Shown piece after piece: positions 26,468-35,392 of a stretch of 64,000 nucleotides of DNA. The stretch is from the sequence record KC690136. One strand, given 5' to 3'. A program made the position numbers and the translations under genes. Position 1 is the first letter of the stretch. Each line of letters starts with the position of its first letter. This DNA comes from Escherichia phage JES2013. The notes below the pieces were generated by a model. That model was given only the letters and a program-made list of their open reading frames with translations. It searched no databases and was not told where the DNA came from.

Positions 26468-27001
26468 ATGACTTGTGCTAGAAAACCTGATGAACAACGT
26501 AACGCCTACGATGAGTATGTGACACCGGAGTGGTGTGCAGAAGGGCTGTATGACCTTATTCCGTTCCCAGAAGACTGGACCTACTTAGAGCCTTGCAGGA
26601 ATAGTGCCTCAGGTGTGTTCTACTCCCGTATGCCGTTAGGATCTGCATGGGGAGAAATCCAAGAAGGTGTTGACTATCTGAATACAGAATACAACCATGT
26701 TGACTGTATTATCACCAACCCGCCGTACAGCCTGGCTCGTGAGTTTGTGGACAAGGCGTTGAAAGATGCCGACGTAGTTATTATGCTTTTGCGTCTTAAT
26801 TTTCTGGAAAGCAAGGCCAGATTTGAATGGTGGCTTGATAATGCACCTACCACTGTGATCACAATATCTAAGCGCCCGTCATTCCAATCCAATGGTAGAA
26901 CGGATGGGCAGGCATATGCATATTTTGTATGGGACAAGAAAAACCGTCTAGACTTGCCGCCATTTATGTGGTTGGCACCACCAGAGGCAGATTTGAAATG
27001 A
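26468..27001 (+). CDS. DNA methyltransferase-like (NPPY motif)
   Basis: ITNPPYS catalytic motif IV of N6-adenine/N4-cytosine methyltransferases; short, 177 aa. Confidence 0.55.
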   Translation: MTCARKPDEQRNAYDEYVTPEWCAEGLYDLIPFPEDWTYLEPCRNSASGVFYSRMPLGSAWGEIQEGVDYLNTEYNHVDCIITNPPYSLAREFVDKALKDADVVIMLLRLNFLESKARFEWWLDNAPTTVITISKRPSFQSNGRTDGQAYAYFVWDKKNRLDLPPFMWLAPPEADLK

Positions 27002-27282
27002 AAATGAGTGCTAAGGACAAGTTGCACCAGTTAGCGCTAAAACGTCCTGTAACGCTCCCTGACGAGCTTAACTCCATTTATGATGCGATTGTAGGGGAGA
27101 TACAAAATAAAGCGTTAGCAGGCTTTCTGGGATGCGGATTTTCGATAAATCTACCCTCACATCTCTCAGATTACTTCCCGCATATTGTTGGGGATTTGAG
27201 GGCAGGAGGTCTGCAGGTAGATGTTGTTGGCATCTCTCCAGAGAAAAATAACACGGTTGCCTACTTGACAGTAACCTGGTAG
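26998..27282 (+). CDS. Hypothetical protein
   Basis: ATG overlaps upstream stop (ATGA). Confidence 0.45.
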   Translation: MKMSAKDKLHQLALKRPVTLPDELNSIYDAIVGEIQNKALAGFLGCGFSINLPSHLSDYFPHIVGDLRAGGLQVDVVGISPEKNNTVAYLTVTW

Positions 27283-27317
27283 TTATGTATTGTTGTTCTC
27301 AACAAGGGGGGTCATTT

Positions 27318-27557
27318 ATGTACAAGTCATTTTCAATTTACTCAAGACAGGCGAAACACTACACAGAGATCCTGATTACTCAGAAAAAATCTGTAGAAGG
27401 TGAGTGGGAATATCACCATAAAATGTTGCGTCCAGATTGGGTTTTTGATAGACTTATTGCTATGATCCCTCTTGGAGAAGTATACCCTCTGACAGGTCAT
27501 AGGGATGCTTGGGATTTAATTGATTACATAGATTCATTTAAGGAGCCCAGTGTATGA
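27318..27557 (+). CDS. Hypothetical protein
   Basis: Start refined to ATG after AAGGGGGG. Confidence 0.4.
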   Translation: MYKSFSIYSRQAKHYTEILITQKKSVEGEWEYHHKMLRPDWVFDRLIAMIPLGEVYPLTGHRDAWDLIDYIDSFKEPSV

Positions 27558-27952
27558 AGATTGAGATCACTAAAGAAGGTAAGAAAGTGTCTGGAGACTA
27601 TGCAACAGTAATTCGAGATTTAATGTTTGAAACCACCAAGTTCGGCACATCTAAAGTTGGTCAAACGGTGAGTGTGCAAGGTAATATCACCTCAGGAGAG
27701 AAGATAATCATCGTGATCAAAGGACAAGATCCTGTGGAAGGAACAGTGGGCCGAGGAGGCTACCTGTGCATTTCTGAAGAACCGCGCATGCTGGTTGCTG
27801 ATGACTCCACAGGTAAAAAGCGGGTATGTAACACTGACGAGGTGATGATTATCTATCCAGTCAACCCAGATGATCCTGCAACATGGATTGTGGGGAATGA
27901 AATCTTCTCTTTAGAAGAGTTATCATTCCCAGCTCCGCGCTCTGTTCAGTAA
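27554..27952 (+). CDS. Hypothetical protein
   Basis: 132 aa, begins MKIEITKEG. Confidence 0.5.
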   Translation: MKIEITKEGKKVSGDYATVIRDLMFETTKFGTSKVGQTVSVQGNITSGEKIIIVIKGQDPVEGTVGRGGYLCISEEPRMLVADDSTGKKRVCNTDEVMIIYPVNPDDPATWIVGNEIFSLEELSFPAPRSVQ

Positions 27953-27991
27953 TAATTTATCTTACCAGGGACGGTAGAAGTAGGAGGTAGC

Positions 27992-28225
27992 ATGAAAGTT
28001 AAATTTCTTACAGATTTAGGGTACCCTTCCTTGGTTGACTGCGTTGGTAAAATTGTGGAAGCAAAACGACTATCTGCAAACGATAATGTTGTCATGGTTA
28101 AGGGAAAAGATTTACTATCTGCAGGTGCAGAGTCTGGCAGGATCTCTCCTGACTATACGTATTACCTGTCTTTAAGTAATCTACCAGAACGAGGCGGCAA
28201 AGGCCTTGAAGTTGTGGAGGAGTGA
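27992..28225 (+). CDS. Small acidic protein, paralog family A
   Basis: MKVKFLTDLGYP...VKGKDLLSAGAESG...GLEVVEE; shares motifs with 31616, 31827, 33709, 33950 ORFs. Confidence 0.5.
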   Translation: MKVKFLTDLGYPSLVDCVGKIVEAKRLSANDNVVMVKGKDLLSAGAESGRISPDYTYYLSLSNLPERGGKGLEVVEE

Positions 28226-28230
28226 CAGGT

Positions 28231-28749
28231 ATGCTACTGGTTGATTGGAAAGATTTTTATGGCGATAAAGACCCGAAAGCATTTATATATAAGCCTTGGA
28301 GATACTCAGAGAGTCAAATTGCTGCAATAAACCTTACAGCAAAGCGCCGAAAAATTATTGAAAGTAAATATAGATACGCCCAGCTAGTGGCTGGTGTTTC
28401 TCCACAGGTAGAGGGTTTTGTACTTAAACTGTACGAAAAGTTTATGAATTACGATTTGTCATTCGTGAAGGTGGGCGAGGATTTATCCCCTGGTAACAAC
28501 GTAACTCGTTGGAAAGTTTCGTGTGACAAAAAACTCCCGATCAGTATTGAGGTGTGTCGATACTGGGGGTATCATGATTGTGGATTGTATGACTACCATG
28601 ATGTGGAAATAAAGCCACGCAATCATCTAAGCGACACAGAAAAAGATTACTTGAAGCATGTGATTCTTTCCATGTTTGGAGGGTATATCACAGAGAAAAA
28701 TAGCGAAGACAGAGTATCCTTTCTTAACAGTTTGAACCAGGAGATGTAA
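28231..28749 (+). CDS. Hypothetical protein
   Basis: Start refined to ATG after GGAGGAG. Confidence 0.5.
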   Translation: MLLVDWKDFYGDKDPKAFIYKPWRYSESQIAAINLTAKRRKIIESKYRYAQLVAGVSPQVEGFVLKLYEKFMNYDLSFVKVGEDLSPGNNVTRWKVSCDKKLPISIEVCRYWGYHDCGLYDYHDVEIKPRNHLSDTEKDYLKHVILSMFGGYITEKNSEDRVSFLNSLNQEM

Positions 28750-28750
28750 T

Positions 28751-28987
28751 ATGGCCATAGATACTGTGTTGGTTTGGTATTGCGCATTGACCTTTCTGAC
28801 AATGGTTGTTTTAGCAACTCTTTGCATCATATCTTGTAGAAAAATTAAGTTTGACGACTTTATAACTATAATCACTGCCGCACCTTTTTGGCCTGTCGTT
28901 CTCTTCATTGTTGTTATGTGCTTGGTAGATCACTGTAAAACCGTCAGAAAAATGAAGGAGGCAGATAAGAATGGTAACAGTGACTGA
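28751..28987 (+). CDS. Small membrane protein (two predicted TM helices)
   Basis: Two hydrophobic segments: LVWYCALTFLTMVVLATLCIISC and IITAAPFWPVVLFIVVMCLV. Confidence 0.5.
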   Translation: MAIDTVLVWYCALTFLTMVVLATLCIISCRKIKFDDFITIITAAPFWPVVLFIVVMCLVDHCKTVRKMKEADKNGNSD

Positions 28988-29101
28988 AACTGTTTATACT
29001 GTTCTTAGGGAGATTGCATTCTATACAGACCTTAGTTCAGTATCTTCATGGGAAAAGAGTGTGTATTTAAAATGGTGCGTGAAATTAGAGGGGACCTTCT
29101 A

Positions 29102-29221
29102 ATGTTTCAAGCCATGTTTATTGAAATGCTCTCCGGAGTATTACTGCTGGTAGCCATTTTGGGTGGTGCGGCACTAATGTATAATTATCTTGAAAAAGGA
29201 GACAGCAATGGTAAAAAATAA
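29102..29221 (+). CDS. Small membrane peptide (39 aa)
   Basis: sORF MFQAMFIEMLSGVLLLVAILGGAALMYNYLEKGDSNGKK; GAGGGGA SD; below ORF-track size cut-off. Confidence 0.3.
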   Translation: MFQAMFIEMLSGVLLLVAILGGAALMYNYLEKGDSNGKK

Positions 29222-29393
29222 ATCTTTAGAGCAGGCTGAAAACCTTCTCCACGAGCTGGTAAAGGAGTGGAAAGTTGAATACTCAGATTTTAATGCACGA
29301 GAGGGTGAAGATTATTGGCCTACGGAGCGCTCAGAGGGTGAATGGTATCAAGATTTTATAGAGTGGTTATATCAGACGTGCGATGAGGGGTGA
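29208..29393 (+). CDS. Hypothetical protein
   Basis: Start refined to ATG after AAAGGAG. Confidence 0.4.
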   Translation: MVKNKSLEQAENLLHELVKEWKVEYSDFNAREGEDYWPTERSEGEWYQDFIEWLYQTCDEG

Positions 29394-29851
29394 CGATGTT
29401 TGTTAAATATGTAAAAACGTGCCTCAACAGCCTTGGCAGAGAGCATTGGTACACCTTGCTTGAAAAAGGAGAGATTTTAACAAAATCTGGAAAGATAACT
29501 TTGATACCTCTTGACAGTAAAGACCCGTCACTACTTGTTATAGATGATTACGTTACAGGTGTGACGTTCGAGGTCTCTGTGGAGAGGTTAATACGCAGAG
29601 CTGGCGGCCCTTGTGATCAAAGAGAGTATGTTTTCGATTCCGTTACAGAGAGGGATCATCCGTCTTTAATGTTCAGGATGGTAATCAGAGATATGAGGTC
29701 ATCTATAGATAGGATCGTAAAGGACATTAAGGAACCTTTTAGAGTAAAAGTTAAGAAGTTTTTTGATTCTAAGATTAACATACTTGCCGTTGTGCTAGGC
29801 GTAATTCAACTTCTGTTAATTTTGCACTATTTTGAACTGTTGTCTAAGTAG
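29390..29851 (+). CDS. Hypothetical protein with C-terminal TM segment
   Basis: C-terminal hydrophobic LAVVLGVIQLLLILHYF. Confidence 0.5.
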   Translation: MTMFVKYVKTCLNSLGREHWYTLLEKGEILTKSGKITLIPLDSKDPSLLVIDDYVTGVTFEVSVERLIRRAGGPCDQREYVFDSVTERDHPSLMFRMVIRDMRSSIDRIVKDIKEPFRVKVKKFFDSKINILAVVLGVIQLLLILHYFELLSK

Positions 29852-29911
29852 TGTGCAACAAGGCACAAAGGATGTGCCATAATTAAACAAATTAAGAAAG
29901 AGGTAGAGAGA

Positions 29912-30259
29912 ATGTCAAAGATTAAATCGATATTAATGTGGGTAGCTGTTGTGGCTTTTATAGGGTACTGGGTTTGGGAAACTGAATTAAAAGATATCGG
30001 ATATACCAGTCTTGAGAGCAAGGCGTGCATTGGCATAACCGATGCGTTCAGGCAAAACGCTATGGATCACGAATGTGTTGATGCAGATATAGATGAGAAA
30101 CTGTCTAAGGACAAAGATTTTTACCATGGGCATGCTTTGCTTGATAGTGGTGACACTGTAGAGTTCTGGTCGTGGTTCCGTGAAGATGGAACAATAAAAA
30201 CAGCAGTAAAGATCTCTAACAAAGAGTTAATGCTGTTGCAGCAGAAGGAGGCTCAATGA
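29912..30259 (+). CDS. Membrane-anchored protein
   Basis: N-terminal hydrophobic segment ILMWVAVVAFIGYWVW. Confidence 0.5.
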   Translation: MSKIKSILMWVAVVAFIGYWVWETELKDIGYTSLESKACIGITDAFRQNAMDHECVDADIDEKLSKDKDFYHGHALLDSGDTVEFWSWFREDGTIKTAVKISNKELMLLQQKEAQ

Positions 30260-30543
30260 TCTGGATATCCTATACTGATGGCACCATGCTGTATACTGCA
30301 GGTACCCGATATGAGGTTCAGGAGGACGATAAAAAATTTATCGTAAAAACATTTGACAAGGACGACAACCTTTTGCTAGAATTGACTTACAAGGTTGGAG
30401 AGGTATCCGATATCCAATTGGATTGTGGTCATAAAGATAATCCACTCAAAAAACCTGGAATAGGCAAGGCTTCAGAAGAACGTTTGTCTCGTATTGCAGA
30501 AAGCGTTTCTCCCCAAAAATCTAAGAAGAGGAGTAGAAAATGA
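30256..30543 (+). CDS. Hypothetical protein
   Basis: 95-aa ORF with overlapping start/stop. Confidence 0.5.
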   Translation: MIWISYTDGTMLYTAGTRYEVQEDDKKFIVKTFDKDDNLLLELTYKVGEVSDIQLDCGHKDNPLKKPGIGKASEERLSRIAESVSPQKSKKRSRK

Positions 30544-30740
30544 GTGACAAAATTCTTAAATTTAATACCTACTATGAGAATGATTTGAACGATCTGTATT
30601 ATATAGTGCGTAGCGAAAACCCGAATGTAGTACTGTTTTGCCGAGAACCTTTCAAAGGAGAGGAGATTGAATCTACCATGAATGTGGATCAGATTTCACA
30701 CCTGCTGCTCCTTGGATCATTAAAAGAGGCTGTATTCTAA
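30540..30740 (+). CDS. Hypothetical protein
   Basis: 66-aa ORF. Confidence 0.45.
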   Translation: MSDKILKFNTYYENDLNDLYYIVRSENPNVVLFCREPFKGEEIESTMNVDQISHLLLLGSLKEAVF

Positions 30741-30759
30741 ACCAGGGTGGAGGGTTTTT

Positions 30760-30945
30760 ATGAAGCACTATTGTCTGTCTGGTAGAATGGGTGCAGATTG
30801 TGATTGGGTTTTCTTAAAACTTGTCAGTATTCGAGAGTTCATTCCAGAGGAAGAGCAAGAAAGTGAGCTGATGTCATGGATCAACCATTACGGTAACACT
30901 TTTCGGCATGTTAAGGTGGAAGAGTTGCCAAGCGAGGCTGATTGA
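30760..30945 (+). CDS. Hypothetical protein
   Basis: 61-aa ORF. Confidence 0.4.
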   Translation: MKHYCLSGRMGADCDWVFLKLVSIREFIPEEEQESELMSWINHYGNTFRHVKVEELPSEAD

Positions 30946-30947
30946 CT

Positions 30948-31037
30948 ATGATTGCATCAATATTAACGTTTATGGGTGGCGTGGCATTCGGATTCATTGT
31001 TTGCCTGTTTATAGTGATTATGTCTATGCGAGGCTGA
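30948..31037 (+). CDS. Small hydrophobic peptide (29 aa)
   Basis: sORF MIASILTFMGGVAFGFIVCLFIVIMSMRG fills gap between flanking ORFs. Confidence 0.3.
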   Translation: MIASILTFMGGVAFGFIVCLFIVIMSMRG

Positions 31038-31040
31038 ATT

Positions 31041-31334
31041 ATGAAACTTTTTGAGTGGTTTAAAAAGTTTAAATATAAAGCTGTAGCCATCGTGCCGTGG
31101 TCCATTCAGTGGGTGGACGATGAGGGATTACCAATTCCAGGTGATAAAGACACGGGATACTGGATCATGCTTGAGAACGGGTTCGGTAAACGGAAATATT
31201 CCTGCACGGATACCTCAGGAGCATCTTTTAGGAGAATTCCTGGGTATAAATGTATGATTGTGTGGAAGATGTCTGGTGTACCTCCGGCCAATGCACAATA
31301 TCTTACTACCAATCCAACCACAGAAGAGGACTAA
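31041..31334 (+). CDS. Hypothetical protein
   Basis: 97-aa ORF. Confidence 0.5.
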   Translation: MKLFEWFKKFKYKAVAIVPWSIQWVDDEGLPIPGDKDTGYWIMLENGFGKRKYSCTDTSGASFRRIPGYKCMIVWKMSGVPPANAQYLTTNPTTEED

Positions 31335-31337
31335 GTA

Positions 31338-31619
31338 ATGAAAAAGATTTGCGATACAGATGTGGAGTTCAAGGTGTGTAGTAAGGAGACCTATTGGGAA
31401 GTGAGACAAAAGGTATATTTGTTTGGACTTATCCCATATTGGTCTAAATTCTACTGGGGAGCAGATGAATTAGGGAGATATGCCACCAAAGCTATGGCGC
31501 TTATAGGTATAGCTGAATATATTGCTGCTAGGGACAGGGCTGGAAAAACCTGCTACTACACTGCTGACGAGATTCGTAACAGTGTTTACGTCCCCCAACC
31601 ACCTGAAGGAGACCGTTGA
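31338..31619 (+). CDS. Hypothetical protein
   Basis: 93-aa ORF. Confidence 0.5.
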   Translation: MKKICDTDVEFKVCSKETYWEVRQKVYLFGLIPYWSKFYWGADELGRYATKAMALIGIAEYIAARDRAGKTCYYTADEIRNSVYVPQPPEGDR

Positions 31620-31843
31620 TGAAAGTTAAAGTTTTAGATTCAAGCTTCTATATTGGTCAGGAGCCTTTAGTGGGTAAAGTGTTTACCGCTGTCCCTAACG
31701 AAGATTATCCTGATCTTTTAAAAATAAAGGGCGCAGATCTTATTGCCGCTGGTGCATCTCAGGACTGCTTTGACAGCCAGTGGACCTACAACTTTGCCCT
31801 AGGTGAGGATGTAGAGATAGTGGAGGATGATCATGAAGGTTAA
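31616..31843 (+). CDS. Small acidic protein, paralog family A
   Basis: MMKVKVLDSSFYIGQEPLVGKV...IKGADLIAAGASQD. Confidence 0.5.
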   Translation: MMKVKVLDSSFYIGQEPLVGKVFTAVPNEDYPDLLKIKGADLIAAGASQDCFDSQWTYNFALGEDVEIVEDDHEG

Positions 31844-32087
31844 AATTCTTGACTCTAACGTCTACTTGGGGCAATCCTTCCTGAAAGGAAAGGTCATCCC
31901 TGCGGTATACTTTGAAGGGTTGCCGTGGGATGATCCTGTGCGGCAACATCACAGTTATGTAGGCCACAACGTGGTGTTTATCTTAGGATCAGACCTGATC
32001 ACCGCTGGTGCACCTGAATATTATTTCGGGGAAGAGTCCTATTATGCCTTTGGGGTAGGGTCAGATGCAGATATTGTAGAGCTGTGA
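31827..32087 (+). CDS. Small acidic protein, paralog family A
   Basis: MKVKILDSNVYLGQSFLKGKV...ILGSDLITAGAPEY; tandem to 31616 ORF. Confidence 0.5.
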   Translation: MIMKVKILDSNVYLGQSFLKGKVIPAVYFEGLPWDDPVRQHHSYVGHNVVFILGSDLITAGAPEYYFGEESYYAFGVGSDADIVEL

Positions 32088-32099
32088 TGGGTAACCGTT

Positions 32100-32498
32100 G
32101 TGAAAAATAAACTGTTCAAAGTTACAATGAAAATTCGCGGAGCTTGGAGCGTAAAGCAAGGGCGTATCCCAGAATTTGAGAAAGATTTCTACGTAGTCTC
32201 CACCTCGGAGGAGGCTGCATGCTGGCAGGCTGGCTATGCCTATGCAAGAACCTGGTACGAAGGATACCAGACTGGGGGCTATGACGGAGAAATTATCAGC
32301 AAGGGTGTAGAAGAAATTAATGTGTTGACAAGTGAAAAAGTTTTTGTTATAGTGCATCCAGATTCCAGAGTGAAGCATTACTGGAATGCCAGAACAAAAA
32401 CTTGGACACCGTTTGCAGATTCTGCTACGCCACTTTTAAACCAGAAAGCTCTTGACTCTGCCCCAAGTTATGGGGTTGTTGAAGAAAAGCTAAACTGA
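32100..32498 (+). CDS. Hypothetical protein, paralog family B
   Basis: HPDSRVKHYWNARTKTWTP parallels HPHSNIAYYWDVLNNEWTP in 34309 ORF. Confidence 0.5.
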   Translation: MKNKLFKVTMKIRGAWSVKQGRIPEFEKDFYVVSTSEEAACWQAGYAYARTWYEGYQTGGYDGEIISKGVEEINVLTSEKVFVIVHPDSRVKHYWNARTKTWTPFADSATPLLNQKALDSAPSYGVVEEKLN

Positions 32499-32515
32499 AA
32501 CAGTGAGGTGTCACC

Positions 32516-32806
32516 ATGATGGATTTAATTCTAAATATTGATAACGCAGAAGAATTTAAAGACGATGGTGTAACAAGCATGGGCAAACCATGCTCTGCTA
32601 AGGTTGACTCAAAATGGACCTACAAGTTTGACGGAGAGATCTTCGCAAATGATGAGAAGGTTGTAGATGCTGCAGCCATTTTAAACGCTCTAGGGTACGA
32701 CCCTGTGAATTCTTTGATCAAGGATCCTGTTGAGTTTGCAGAGTATGTTCGAAAAATGGCAGATCTTGCTGTGGATATTTTAAAAACTATCGACAACAAG
32801 CTGTAA
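32516..32806 (+). CDS. Hypothetical protein
   Basis: 96-aa acidic ORF. Confidence 0.5.
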   Translation: MMDLILNIDNAEEFKDDGVTSMGKPCSAKVDSKWTYKFDGEIFANDEKVVDAAAILNALGYDPVNSLIKDPVEFAEYVRKMADLAVDILKTIDNKL

Positions 32807-32812
32807 AAACTG

Positions 32813-32841
32813 TTGACACAACGCTTCAGATTTAGTATCAT
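32813..32841 (+). promoter_or_regulatory. Sigma70-like promoter TTGACA-N17-TATCAT
   Basis: Consensus -35, 17-nt spacer; about 50 nt upstream of the hibernation factor gene. Confidence 0.55.
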
Positions 32842-32888
32842 TGTTTTCAAAGAGGGTTTGGTTCCCTCTTCTTTAAAAGGAACATGTT

Positions 32889-33206
32889 GTGCAAATTGAA
32901 ATCACTGGCAACGTAGAGATCACTGAAGGTATGGTGTCTTTCATTTCCCACAAAATGTCTAAGCTGGAGCGTTTGCACCCCTCTGCCAACTATGCACGTG
33001 TGAGTGTAAAAGTTGAAAATGATCACCAGGAAGTCATGGCGTTCATTTTTGACACTTCCGGAAAAGAAGTTATTGCCAAAGCTAAAGGCAGTAACGCTTA
33101 CGAGGCAACTGACCGTATGGTAGATGTTGCAGCACGTCAGTTGGCTAAATGCGGTGGAAAGAAAGGTAAAGGGAAAGGCAAAGTAAAGATTGACTTTGGA
33201 GAATGA
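32889..33206 (+). CDS. hpf: Ribosome hibernation promoting factor / RaiA (YfiA) family protein
   Basis: MQIEITGNVEITEGM...KLE...VSVKVE...AKAKGSNAYEATDRMVDVAARQL parallels E. coli HPF MQLNITGNNVEITEAL...; GTG start; lysine/glycine-rich tail. Confidence 0.8.
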   Translation: MQIEITGNVEITEGMVSFISHKMSKLERLHPSANYARVSVKVENDHQEVMAFIFDTSGKEVIAKAKGSNAYEATDRMVDVAARQLAKCGGKKGKGKGKVKIDFGE

Positions 33207-33215
33207 GGTGCTACA

Positions 33216-33317
33216 ATGGGCGTGATTAAGAAATTAGTCCCAAATGTAGAGATTGCATGCTTTGAAATTATGTTTGCAATCGCAGTTGTAGTTAATGTGT
33301 TAGGTTACGGCTATTAA
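33216..33317 (+). CDS. Small membrane peptide (33 aa)
   Basis: sORF MGVIKKLVPNVEIACFEIMFAIAVVVNVLGYGY; GGTG SD 5 nt upstream; just after hpf. Confidence 0.3.
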   Translation: MGVIKKLVPNVEIACFEIMFAIAVVVNVLGYGY

Positions 33318-33343
33318 TATCAAATAATTGAGGAGACCTCTAA

Positions 33344-33613
33344 ATGAAAATTAAATTATTCAAAACTGAGCTGGCAGACAAAAACTGTGGACTGGTTGAA
33401 GGCATGATCGTTGAAGCACAACCAGTGGACTACATGAAGGTAGTTCGTGATGCCTTGGGTGAAGGCTTTGATCTGATGGAGCCAGCTCTGCGAGAAGATG
33501 TTATCGAGATGGCTAAAAAGCACACACCTGAAGGCTTGGTGGTGTTTGTTGCACCGGGTAACGGAGAAGAGTTGATTGTAACTCCTGATGTGTATGAGAT
33601 TGTAGAAGAGTAA
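33344..33613 (+). CDS. Small acidic protein (possible diverged family A member)
   Basis: MKIKLFKTELADKNCGLVEGMIVEA...YEIVEE; acidic C-terminal YE[IV]VEE tail. Confidence 0.5.
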   Translation: MKIKLFKTELADKNCGLVEGMIVEAQPVDYMKVVRDALGEGFDLMEPALREDVIEMAKKHTPEGLVVFVAPGNGEELIVTPDVYEIVEE

Positions 33614-33708
33614 TCCTGCTCGGATTAGCATACTTCTCTCAATAAAAAGAAAAGTTTGTAATTATTTGTGGGAAAGGAATCCCCATCTCTTGCCAGAGGT
33701 GATACTAT

Positions 33709-33972
33709 ATGATTGTTTATTTTAAAACTTCAGGTGGATACCCTGATTCTCAAAGCTTGATCGGAAAAACGTGCACAGCATACTCACCTCTTGATGAGGA
33801 GGTAAGCGATATTCTACGAGATATGTATCGGATTGATCCCCAAAAAGCTTTTGATCAAAACCTTGTATTTGTCAAGGGCTCAGACATGAAGTCTTTGGGA
33901 GCATTCCCTGAAGCAGATGATGATGCCGTTTATTCGTTCATGACTCCTTTTGAAGCTATGGTTGTTGGGTGA
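33709..33972 (+). CDS. Small acidic protein, paralog family A
   Basis: GYPDSQSLIGKTCTA...VKGSDMKSLGAFPE. Confidence 0.5.
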   Translation: MIVYFKTSGGYPDSQSLIGKTCTAYSPLDEEVSDILRDMYRIDPQKAFDQNLVFVKGSDMKSLGAFPEADDDAVYSFMTPFEAMVVG

Positions 33973-34309
33973 GAATATGAAAGTACGATTTATTGGTGAA
34001 ACAATTCCTGTGCATCTCCGGTCGCCTGAAGATTCTGCAGATCTTGCATCTCAGAAGGCGAGAGGTTATGATAAGAAAGTAATCTCAAACGCTGTAGAAC
34101 TTGAGGCTACTAGTTTACCTGACCCTGCCGCATTCTTTAATCATTATGGATACTATTTCAGCAATCTGATGAATATCGGTGAGCTTGTGTTTATTAGTGG
34201 TGGAGAAATTGTTAGCAAGCTTGGCGGCGATCCGGATGTCTTTCATGAAACCTGTCCTTTTGCATTTGTGGTAGGTTCAGATGTGGAAGTTATTGAGGAG
34301 GTGCGGTAA
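33950..34309 (+). CDS. Small acidic protein, paralog family A-like
   Basis: FISGGEIVSKLGGDPD...VEVIEEVR; probable true start at internal MKVRFIG. Confidence 0.5.
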   Translation: MKLWLLGENMKVRFIGETIPVHLRSPEDSADLASQKARGYDKKVISNAVELEATSLPDPAAFFNHYGYYFSNLMNIGELVFISGGEIVSKLGGDPDVFHETCPFAFVVGSDVEVIEEVR

Positions 34310-34704
34310 TGGTAAGACTATACCGTGTTGAGTATAGCTCAGATACTGTATACAACGTAAGAAGCAAAGATCGCAGCGACAGAGTGCAAGAAATGTATGT
34401 TCTTGCCGACAGTCCGTTATCTGCAGCGTTCAAGGCAGGGTCTCTTGCATCTCGTTGGAAATTTGAAGGTGGATCTTTCTATGAAGAAACCCTTGAAGAT
34501 TCTGTTGTTATTTCTTCTGCAGAGGTTTCAGATGACTACGAAGGGAAAAAGTTCGTAATGCGGCACCCACACAGCAACATTGCGTACTACTGGGATGTTC
34601 TGAACAACGAGTGGACCCCAGATCTTCAGAAGGCCACTGTGCTAACACCGTTTTTGGCAGATAAGTTTCCACCAGAAGGTAATTTATCCGCACTGTTTCA
34701 GTAA
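34309..34704 (+). CDS. Hypothetical protein, paralog family B
   Basis: Shares HP.S...YW......WTP motif with 32100 ORF. Confidence 0.5.
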   Translation: MVRLYRVEYSSDTVYNVRSKDRSDRVQEMYVLADSPLSAAFKAGSLASRWKFEGGSFYEETLEDSVVISSAEVSDDYEGKKFVMRHPHSNIAYYWDVLNNEWTPDLQKATVLTPFLADKFPPEGNLSALFQ

Positions 34705-34722
34705 TTTTCTTGCACACAGGTG

Positions 34723-34751
34723 TTGACAACGCCAACCCTGTGTGAAATAAT
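34723..34751 (+). promoter_or_regulatory. Sigma70-like promoter TTGACA-N17-AATAAT within palindrome CACAGG...CCTGTG
   Basis: Consensus -35; inverted repeat spans the -35 and spacer. Confidence 0.5.
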
Positions 34752-34780
34752 ACCTTCATCTTAACAAGACAGGAGACCGA

Positions 34781-35041
34781 TTGATGAAGATTAAATTGAA
34801 AAACCTTGAAACGGCAGAGATTCAGGACGGTGTGGATTTCCGTTCTAAAGATGGTGACATCTTAGAGGTAAATATTCCAACCTACGAGCTGATCAAAGGT
34901 TTTGGCAACGTCCCCGAGGAAGGTATCGCAGACGTTCTTATAATGTTAATCGTTAGTGGGACAGTGTTCTTGGGGGAAGGTGAGAACGCTATTGCAATCC
35001 CAAGCCATTTTTATGAAGTAGTTGACGAAGAGGCGCTGTAA
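34781..35041 (+). CDS. Small acidic protein
   Basis: MMKIKLKNLETAEI...FYEVVDEEAL. Confidence 0.5.
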   Translation: MMKIKLKNLETAEIQDGVDFRSKDGDILEVNIPTYELIKGFGNVPEEGIADVLIMLIVSGTVFLGEGENAIAIPSHFYEVVDEEAL

Positions 35042-35392
35042 ATGAAAGTAGAAATTACTGGTTTTGATGTGAATGTGGTTCCGGAAGATATTTTAGCTAA
35101 ACTCCCGGAAGGTTTTGGTAACGGTGTTGTGGTGGATGCTGTTCCTCCTACCAAAGACATTCTGCTGCAGTATGGTGTAGCAGAGGAAGATGTTGATAAA
35201 GTTCTTACAATGATGGCAATCGATCGTGTTGTCGTTGTTAAAGGTCTCGATAATTTTGAGAGTGATCCTCTGATTATTCGTGGAGATGACTACAAAATCA
35301 TCGATAATGAAGGCCAAGAGTTCTATGAGCCTTGTGCAGAAGATATTCTTAACTTATTACTGGAAGCAGGCACCGAAGAGGAGGACGAATAA
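35042..35392 (+). CDS. Small acidic protein
   Basis: MKVEITGFDVNVVPED...; acidic C-terminus. Confidence 0.5.
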   Translation: MKVEITGFDVNVVPEDILAKLPEGFGNGVVVDAVPPTKDILLQYGVAEEDVDKVLTMMAIDRVVVVKGLDNFESDPLIIRGDDYKIIDNEGQEFYEPCAEDILNLLLEAGTEEEDE

